NCBI RefSeq assembly: GCF_009914755.1
Contig: NC_060948.1
Length of the DNA stretch: 64,000 bases
Strand: one strand, 5' to 3'
DNA from: the human T2T-CHM13v2.0 reference genome, Homo sapiens
Below, piece by piece: positions 54,701 through 64,000 of the stretch. The position numbers were made by a program, and so were the translations under genes. The notes under the pieces were generated by a model. That model searched no databases, had not been told where the DNA came from, and saw nothing but the letters and a program-made list of their open reading frames with translations. Position 1 is the first letter of the stretch. Every line of letters starts with the position of its first letter.

Positions 54701-57468
54701 GATGCCATTCCATACGATTCCATTCAATTCGAGACCATTCTATTCCTGTCCATTCCTTGTGGTTCGATTCCATTTCACTCTAGTCCATTCCATTCCATTC
54801 AATTCCATTCGACTCTATTCCGTTCCATTCAATTCCATTCCATTCGATTCCATTTTTTTCGAGAACCTTCCATTACACTCCCTTCCATTCCAGTGCATTC
54901 CATTCCAGTCTCTTCAGTTCGATTCCATTCCATTCCATAGCATTCCATTGCATTCGATTCCATTCCATTTGATGCCATTCCATTTGATGCCATTCCATGA
55001 CATTCCATTCCATTCGAGTCCATTCCGTTCCAATTCATTCCATTCCGTTTCATGAAATTCGAGTCCTTTCCAGTACATTTCATTCCAATCCCATCCAATC
55101 CAATCTACTCCATTCAATTCCTTTCCATTCCATTTGATTATATTCCATTGATTTGATTCCATTCAGTTTGATTCCATTCCGTGAAATTTCCTTCCATTCT
55201 CTTCCATTGCATTACTTTCCATTCCATTCCATTCCATTTCATTTCAGTCCATTCGCTTCCTTTCCTTTCGATTCAATTCCATTTGATTCCACTCCATTCT
55301 ATGCGATTTCATTCCAATCGATTCAATTCCATTCGATGACATTCCTTTCGTTTCCATTCCATTCGAGTCCATTCAATTTGAGCATTCGTGTCCATTCTAT
55401 TCGAGTCCATTCCATTACCGTCTATTCTATTCCCTTCCATTCCTGTTGATTCAATTTCATTCCCTTCCATTCGATTCCTTTCCATTCGATTCCATTCCTT
55501 TCCGTTCCATTCCATTCGTTCCCATTCCATGTGATTTCATTCCATTCCAGTCCATTATATTCGAGTCCACTCCACTCCATTCTATTACATTCAATTCCTT
55601 TTGAGTCCGTTCCATAACACTCCATTCATTTCGATTCCATTTCTTGCCAGTTTTCTTCCATTTTATTCCATTCCGTTCGATTCCATTCCATTCGATTGCA
55701 TTCCATTCGAATCCTTTCCATTCCATTTCATTCCATTCCTTTCTATTCCATTCCATTTCATGCGATTTGATTCCATTCTGTTCTATTCCATTCAATTCTT
55801 TTTCATTCCATTCGCATCCTTTCTATTGCAGTCCATTCCATTCGAGTCCATTCCAATCCCTTCCATTCCATTCCATTACAGTCCATTCCAATAGATTCCA
55901 TTCATTTGCCTTCCATTCGAATCCATTCCATTCTAGTCCATTCCATTTGAGTCAATTCCATTCCATTCCATTCTATTCCTTTCCAATCCAATCGATTATA
56001 TTCAATTCTATTCCATTTGATTCTCTTTCATTCTATTTTATTCCATGCCATTTGATTGCATTGCATTCCATTCCGTTTGATTCCAGTCCATTCAAGAATG
56101 TTCCATTCCAGTCCATTGCTTTCGAGTCCATTCCATTCCACTCTAGTCTATTCCACTCCATTTCTTTCCATTCCATTCCATACTATTCCATTCCATTCCT
56201 TTGCATTCCGTTTCCAATCTTTTCGAGTCCATTGCATTCCAGTCCAATCCATTCGATTACATTCCTTTTGATTCCCTGCCAGTCGATTGCATTGCATACT
56301 ACACCATTCCAAGGGAGTCCATTCCATTCTATCTCAACACTTTCCATTCTACTCTGTTCGAGTCCATTCCATTCCAGTCCATTTAATTCAAGGGCATTCC
56401 ATTCCATTCCATTCCATTTCATATTATTCCATTCCATTCAATTCCATTCCAGATGATTCCATTCCATTCTATACCATTGCTCTCTGTTCCATTCCATTCC
56501 ATCTGTCTCCATTCCTTTCGTTTCGATTCCTTTCCATTCCATTCCATTACATTTGATCCTATTTTATTAAATTGCATTCTATTCGAGTGATTTCCATTCG
56601 AGTCCTTTCCATTCGATTCCATTCCATTCTATTCCATTCCTTTGGATTCCATTCCATTCCGTTCCGTACACATCAATTCCTTGCGATTCCATTACATTCC
56701 ATTTCTTGCCATTCCATTCCATTTCTTTTGACTCCATTTCATTCGATTCCATTCCATTCCATTAATTTCCATTCCATTCGAATCCCTTCCATTCGATTCC
56801 ATTCCATTGGAGTCCGTACCAGTCGAGTCCATTCTATTCCAGTCCATTAGTTTCGACTCCATTGCATTCGAGTGCATTACATTCCGTAGCTGTCCATTCC
56901 ATTCCGTTTGATGCCATTCCATACGATTCCATTCAATTCGAGGCCATTCTATTCCTGTCCATTCCTTGTGGTTCGATTCCATTTCACTCTAGTCCATTCC
57001 ATTCCATTGAATTCCATTCGACTCTATTCCGTTCCATTCAATTCCATTCCATTCGATTCCATTTTTGTCGAGAACCTTCCATTACACTCCCTTCCATTCC
57101 AGTGCATTCCATTCCAGTCTCTTCAGTTCGATTCCATTCCATTCGTTTCGATTCCTTTCCATTCCAGCCCATTCCATTCCATTCCATTCCTTTCCTTTCC
57201 GTTTCATTAGATTCCATTGCATTCGATTCCATTCAATTCCGTGCTATTCAATTTGATTCATTTCCATTTAATTCCATTCCATTAGATTCCATTCCGTACG
57301 ATTCCATTCCTTTTGAATCCATTCCATTGGTGTCCATTCACTTCCAGAACATTCCATTACAGTCGAATCCATTCGAGGACCTTCCATTAAAGTTCATTAC
57401 ATTCTAATACATTCCATTCCATTGCATTCCATTCCATTCCATTCGATGCCATTCGATTCCATTCCATG
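51722..57468 (+). repeat. Fused units U16+U17 (5747 bp), same ~1.3 kb deletion plus a 45-bp deletion
   Basis: Junction at 54922-54935 is identical to 10298-10311; landmark spacing 54318 to 56572 is 2254 bp. Confidence 0.9.
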
Positions 57469-60248
57469 CCAAATCATTGCATTCCTTTCCATTCCGTTCC
57501 TATCAATTCCATTACATTCGATTTAGTACGATTCTATTCACTTCCATTCCATTCGATTCCATTCCATTGGAGTCAATTCCTTTCGACACCCAGCCTTTCC
57601 AGTCAATGATTTTGGATTCCATTTTTTTGCATTCCATTACATTCTATGACATTCGATTCCGTTTCATTGCATTCCATTCCATACATTTTTATTCCATTCG
57701 AGACCGTAGCATTCCGCTTTATTCCAGGCCTGTCCATTACACTACATTCCCTTCCATTCCAATGAATTCCATTCCATTCCAATCCATTCCTTTCCTTTCG
57801 CTTGCATTCCATTCTATTCTCTTCTAATGCATACAATTTCACTCCATTCGTTCCCATTCCATTCAATTCCATTCCATTCAATTCCATTCCATTTGTTTCC
57901 ATTCTCTTCGATTCCATTTCTTTATATTCCATGCCATTCGATTCCATTCTATTGGATTGCATTACATTCGTGTTCATTCCATTCCAGACCATTCCATTTG
58001 ACTCCATTCCTTTCGAGCCCTTTCAATTTGAGTCCATTCCTTTCCAGTCCATTTCACTTCAGTCCATTACTATCCATTCCATAAAATTCCATCCCATTCC
58101 ATTCCATCCATTCCATTCCATTCCATTCCATTCCATTGCATTCCATTCCATTCCATTCCATTGCACTGCACTCCATTCCATTACATTCTACTCTATCTGA
58201 GTCGATTTTATTGCATTAGATTCTATTCCATTGGATTACTTTCCATTCGATTACATTCCATTCATGTACATTCCATTCCAGTCAATTACATTCGAGTTCA
58301 TTACATTACATTCCAGTATATTCCATTGTATTCGATCCCATTCCTTTCAATTCCATTTCATTCGACTCCATTATATTCGATTCCATTCCACTCGAATCCA
58401 TTCCATTAGAGGACATTCCATTCCAATGCATTCCATTCCATTCCATAGCATTCCATTGCATTCGATTCCTTTCTATTCCATTCCATTTCATTCGATTTGA
58501 TTCCATTCTGTTCTATTCCATTCAATTCTTTTTCATTCCATTCGAATCCTTTCTATTGCAGTCCATTCCATTCGAGTCCATTCCAATCCCTTCCATTCCA
58601 TTCCATTACAGTCCATTCCAATAGATTCCATTCCTTTGCCTTCCATTCGAATCCATTCCATTCTAGTCCATTCCATTTGAGTCAATTCCATTCCATTCCA
58701 TTCTATTCCTTTCCAATCCATTCGATTCCATTCGATTCAATTCCATTTGATTCTCTTTCATTCTATTTTATTCCATGCCATTTGATTGCATTGCATTCCA
58801 TTCCGTTTGATTCCAGTCCATTCAAGAAAGTTCCATTCCAGTCCATTGCTTTCCAGTCCATTCCATTCCACTCTAGTCTTTTCCACTCCATTCCTTTCCA
58901 TTCCATTCCATACTATTCCATTCCATTCCTTTGCATTCCGTTTCCAATCTATTCGAGTCCATTGCATTCCAGTCCAATCCATTCGATTACATTCCTTTTG
59001 ATTCCGTGCCAGTCGATTGCATTGCATACTACACCATTCCAAAGGAGTCCATTCCATTCTATCTCAACACTTTCCATTCCAGTCTGTTCGAGTCCATTCC
59101 ATTCCAGTCCATTTAATTCAAGGGCATTCCATTCCATTCCATTCCATTTCATATTATTCCATTCCATTCAATTCCATTCCAGATGATTCCATTCCATTCT
59201 ATACCATTGCTCTCTGTTCCATTCCATTCCATCTGTCTCCATTCCTTTAGTTTCGATTCCTTTCCATTCCATTCCATTACATTTGATCCTATTTTATTAA
59301 ATTGCATTCTATTCGAGTGATTTCCATTCGAGTCCTTTCCATTCGATTCTATTCCATTCTATTCCATTCCTTTGGATTCCATTCCATTTCGTTGCGTTCA
59401 CATCAATTCCTTGCGATTCCATTACATTCGATTTCTTGCCATTCGATTCCATTCCTTTTGACTCCATTTCATTCGATTCCATTCCATTCCATTAATTTCC
59501 ATTCCATTCGAGACCTTTCCATTGCAGTCTTTTCCCTTCGAGTCCATTCCGTTCGATTCCCTTCCATTCGATTCCATTCCATTGGAGTCCGTACCAGTCG
59601 AGTCCATTCTATTCCAGTCCATTAGTTTCGACTCCATTGCATTCGAGTGCATTCCATTCCGTGGCTGTCCATTCCATTCCGTTTGATGCCATTCCATACG
59701 ATTCCATTCAATTCGAGACCATTCTATTCCTGTCCATTCCTTGTGGTTCGATTCCATTTCACTCTAGTCCATTCCATTCCATTCAATTCCATTCGACTCT
59801 ATTCCGTTCCATTCAATTCCATTCCATTCGATTCCATTTTTTTCGAGAACCTTTCATTACACTCCCTTCCATTCCAGTGCATTCCATTCCAGTCTCTTCA
59901 GTTCGATTCCATTCCATTCGTTTCGATTCCTTTCCATTCCAGCCCATTCCATTCCATTCCATTCCTTTCCTTTCCGTTTCATTAGATTCCATTGCATTCG
60001 ATTCCATTCAATTCAATTCCGTGCTATTCAATTTGATTCATTTCCATTTAATTCCATTCCATTAGATTCCATTCCGTACGATTCCATTCCTTTTGAATCC
60101 ATTCCATTGGAGTCCATTCACTTCCAGAACATTCCATTAGAGTCGAATCCATTCGAGGACATTCCATTAAAGTTCATTACATTCTAATACATTCCATTCC
60201 ATTGCATTCCATTCCATTCCATTCGATGCCATTCGATTCCATTCCATG
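57469..60248 (+). repeat. Unit U18 (2780 bp), internal ~778-bp deletion
   Basis: Junction GCATTCG-ATTCC-TTTCTATTCC at 58465-58469. Confidence 0.88.
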
Positions 60249-63200
60249 CCAAATCATTGCATTCCTTTCCATTCCGTTCCTATCAATTCCATTCCATTCG
60301 ATTTAGTTCGATTCTATTCACTTCCATTCTGTTCGATTCCATTCCATTGGAGTGAATTCCTTTTGACACCCAGCCTTTCCAGTCAATGATTTTGGAGTCC
60401 ATTTTTTTGCATTCCATTACACTCTATGACATTCGATTCTGTTTCATTGCATTCCATTCCATACATTTTTATTCCATTCGAGACCGTAGCATTCTGCTTT
60501 ATTCCAGGCCTGTCCATTACACTACATTCCCTTCCATTCCAATGAATTCCATTGCATTCCAATCCATTCATTTCCTTTCGCTTGCATTCCATTCTATTCT
60601 CTTCTACTGCATACAATTTCACTCCATTCGTTCCCATTCCATTCAATTCCATTCCATTCAATTCCATTCCATTTGTTTCCATTCTCTTCGATTCCATTTC
60701 TTTATATTCCATGCCATTCGATTCCATTCTATTGGATTGCATTACATTCTTGTTCATTCCATTCCAGACCATTCCATTTGACTCCATTCCTTTCGAGCCC
60801 TTTCAATTTGAGTCCATTCCTTTCCAGTCCATTTCACTCCAGTCCATTACTATCCATTCCATACCATTCCATCCCATTCCATTCCATTCCATTCCATTCC
60901 ATTCCATTCCATTCCATTCCATTCCATTGCATTCCATTCCATTCCATTCCATTGCACTGCACTCCATTCCATTACATTCTACTCTATCTGAGTCGATTTT
61001 ATTGCATTAGATTCTATTCCATTGGATTACTTTCCATTCGATTACATTTCATTCATGTACATTCCATTCCAGTCAATTACATTCGAGTTCATTACATTAC
61101 ATTCCAGTGTATTCCATTATATTTGATCCCATTCTTTTCAATTCCATTTCATTCGACTCCATTATATTCGATTCCATTCCACTCGAATCCATTCCATTAG
61201 AGGACATTCCATTCCAATGCATTCCATTCCATTCCATAGCATTCCATTGCGTTCGATTCCATTCCATTTGATGCCATTAAATTTCATGCCATTCCATGAC
61301 ATTCCATTCCATTCGAGTCCATTCCGTTCCAATTCATTCCATTCCGTTTCATGAAATTCGAGTCCTTTCCAGTACATTTCATTCCAATCCCATCCAATCC
61401 CATCTACTCCATTCAATTCCTTTCCATTCCATTTGATTATATTCCATTGATTTGATTCCATTCAGTTTGATTCCATTCCGTGAAATTTCCTTCTATTCTC
61501 TTCCATTGCATTACTTTCCATTCAATTCCATTCCATTTCATTTCAGTCCATTCGCTTCCTTTCATTTCGATTCAATTCCATTAGATTCCACTCCATTCTA
61601 TGCGATTTCATTCCAATCGATTCAATTCCATTCGATGACATTCCTTTCGTTTCCATTCCATTCGAGTCCATTCAATTTGAGCATTCGTGTCCATTCTATT
61701 CGAGTCCATTCCATTACCGTCTATTCTATTCCCTTCCATTCCTGTTGATTCAATTTCATTCCCTTCCATTCGATTCCTTTCCATTCGATTCCATTCCTTT
61801 CCATTCCATTCCATTCGTTCCCATTCCATGTGATTTCATTCCATTCCAGTCCATTATATTCGAGTCCACTCCACTCCATTCCATTACATTCAATTCCTTT
61901 TGAGTCCGTTCTATAACACTCCATTCATTTCGATTCCATTTCTTGCCAGTTTTCTTCCATTTTATTCCATTCCGTTCTATTCCATTCCATTCGATTGCAT
62001 TCCATTCGAATCCTTTCCATTCCATTTCATTCCATTCCTTTCTATTCCATTCCATTTCATGCGATTTGATTCCATTCTGTTCTATTCCATTCAATTCTTT
62101 TTCATTCCATTCGCATCCTTTCTATTGCAGTCCATTACATTCGAGTCCATTCCAATCCCTTCCATTCCATTCCATTACAGTCCATTCCAATAGATTCCAT
62201 TCATTTGCATTCCATTCGAATCCATTCCATTCTAGTCCATTCCATTTGAGTCCATTCCATTCCATTCCATTCTATTCCTTTCCAATCCATTCGATTCCAT
62301 TCGATTCAATTCCATTTGATTCTCTTTCATTCTATTTTATTCCATGTCATTTGATTGCATTGCATTCCAGTCCGTTTGATTCCAGTCCATTCAAGAAAGT
62401 TCCATTCCAGTCCATTGCTTTCCAGTCCATTCCATTCCACTCTAGTCTATTCCACTCCATTCCTTTCCATTCCATTCCATACTATTCCATTCCATTCCTT
62501 TGCATTCCGTTTCCAATCTATTCGAGTCCATTGCATTCCAGTCCAATCCATTCGATTACATTCCTTTTGATTCCGTGCCAGTCGATTGCATTGCATACTA
62601 CACCATTCCAAAGGAGTCCATTCCATTCTATCTCAACACTTTCCATTCCACTCTGTTCGAGTCCATTCCATTCCAGTCCATTTAATTCAAGGGCATTCCA
62701 TTCCATTCCATTCCATTTCATATTATTCCATTCCATTCAATTCCATTCCAGATGATTCCATTCCATTCTATACCATTGCTCTCTGTTCCATTCCATTCCA
62801 TCTGTCTCCATTCCTTTCGTTTCGATTCCTTTCCATTCCATTCCATTACATTTGATCCTATTTTATTAAATTGCATTCTATTCGAGTGATTTCCATTCGA
62901 GTCCTTTCCATTCGATTCCATTCCATTCTATTCCATTCATTTGGATTCCATTCCATTCCGTTCCGTTCACATCAATTCCTTGCGATTCCATTACATTCGA
63001 TTTCTTGCCATTCGATTCCATTCCTTTTGACTCCATTTCATTCGATTCCATTCCATTCCATTAATTTCCATTCCATTCGAGACCTTTCCATTGCAGTCTT
63101 TTCCCTTCGAGTCCATTCCGTTCGATTCCCTTCCATTCGATTCCATTCCATTGGAGTCCGTACCAGTCGAGTCCATTCTATTCCAGTCCATTAGTTTCGA

Positions 63201-64000
63201 CTCCATTGCATTCGAGTGCATTCCATTCCGTGGCTGTCCATTCCATTCCGTTTGATGCCATTCCATACGATTCCATTCAATTCGAGACCATTCTATTCCT
63301 GTCCATTCCTTGTGGTTCGATTCCATTTCACTCTACTACATTCCATTCCATTCAATTCCATTCGACTCTATTCCGTTCCATTCAATTCCATTCCATTCGA
63401 TTCCATTTTTGTCGAGAACCTTCCATTACACTCCCTTCCATTCCAGTGCATTCCATTCCAGTCTCTTCAGTTCGATTCCATTCCATTCGTTTCGATTCCT
63501 TTCCATTCCAGCCCATTCCATTCCATTCCCTTCCTTTCCGTTTCATTAGATTCCATTGCATTCGATTCCATTCAATTCAATTCCGTGCTATTCAATTTGA
63601 TTCATTTCCATTTAATTCCTTTCCATTAGATTCCATTCCCTACGATTCCATTCCTTTTGAATCCATTCCATTGGAGTCCATTCACTTCCAGAACATTCCA
63701 TTACAGTCGAATCCATTCGAGGACATTCCATTAAAGTTCATTACATTCTAATACATTCCATTCCATTGCATTCCATTCCATTCCATTCGATGCCGTTCGA
63801 TTTCATTCCATGCCAAATCATTGCATTCCTTTCCATTCCGTTCCTATCAATTCCATTCCATTCGATTTAGTTCGATTCTATTCACTTCCATTCCATTCGA
63901 TTCCATTCCATTGGAGTCAATTCCTTTTGACACCCAGCCTTTCCAGTCAGTGTTTTTGGAGTCCATTTTTTTGCATTCCATTACATTCTATGACATTCGA
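60249..64000 (+). repeat. Unit U19 (3564 bp) and start of U20 (from 63813)
   Basis: Anchors at 60249 and 63813. Confidence 0.9.

Larger units (their letters stand above)
1..64000 (+). repeat. DYZ1: Human Satellite 3 array, DYZ1 (Yq12) ~3.55 kb higher-order repeat of diverged CATTC pentamers
   Basis: Continuous (CATTC)n-derived sequence whose unique landmarks recur every ~3.55 kb. Intact units share one conserved HaeIII site (CCAGGCCTG) and a nearby EcoRI site (ATGAATTCC). Four fixed register shifts (-1,-2,+1,+1) give a unit length of 5n-1, and U19 is exactly 3564 bp. This fits the classical DYZ1 description as I recall it (3564 bp, five nucleotides inserted or deleted at four positions). No database search was run. 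Confidence 0.95.

Noticed and set aside
10298-54935. A simple 44.6 kb tandem super-repeat defined by the two deletion junctions
   Set aside because: The units after the junctions are not colinear (3534 and 3342 bp versus 2780 and 3564 bp) and their private variants differ.
9-63751. Hundreds of ORFs (60-313 aa) rich in FHSIP on + or MEWNG on -
   Set aside because: These are simply translations of (CATTC)n and (GAATG)n, which contain no stop codon. The ORFs overlap in all frames, open and close with random indels, and show no domain or codon-conservation signal.
1-64000. CRISPR-like repeat/spacer array or telomeric repeat
   Set aside because: There is no constant repeat with unique spacers, no cas genes and no TTAGGG-type motif; all variable segments recur each unit.
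1-64000. Inversion, transposon insertion, or DYZ2/HSat1B/Alu boundary
   Set aside because: The + strand stays CATTC-oriented throughout; I saw no GGAAT run, poly-A tail, target-site duplication or non-satellite segment.
1-64000. Canonical heat-shock elements
   Set aside because: The nGAAn units are essentially all direct repeats on one strand, not the alternating inverted arrangement, so no discrete HSE can be called.

Overview
The whole 64 kb is one uninterrupted, single-orientation array of human Satellite 3 ((CATTC)n on +, (GAATG)n on -). It is organised as the ~3.55 kb higher-order unit characteristic of DYZ1 in Yq12 heterochromatin. I see no genes, RNA genes, transposons, CRISPR or inversions, and every listed ORF is an artefact of translating the pentamer. 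Using the anchor CCAAATCATTGCATT, units start at 1, 3523, 7077, 12885, 16419, 19761, 23305, 26864, 30423, 33972, 37520, 41078, 44621, 48189, 51722, 57469, 60249 and 63813; two further units (U4, U17) lost the anchor in a ~1.3 kb deletion. I found no evidence of a new gene system. What is interesting is the array architecture: (1) three independent deletions (~1.3 kb, 216 bp, ~778 bp) each have a breakpoint in the same ~40 bp of the unit; (2) the same 1.3 kb junction recurs 44.6 kb apart; (3) there is a near-perfect 3559 bp tandem duplication; (4) there is an emerging ~7.1 kb dimeric super-repeat; (5) one variant haplotype recurs 56.7 kb apart; (6) many units are mosaics. Variants were read by eye and need alignment to confirm.
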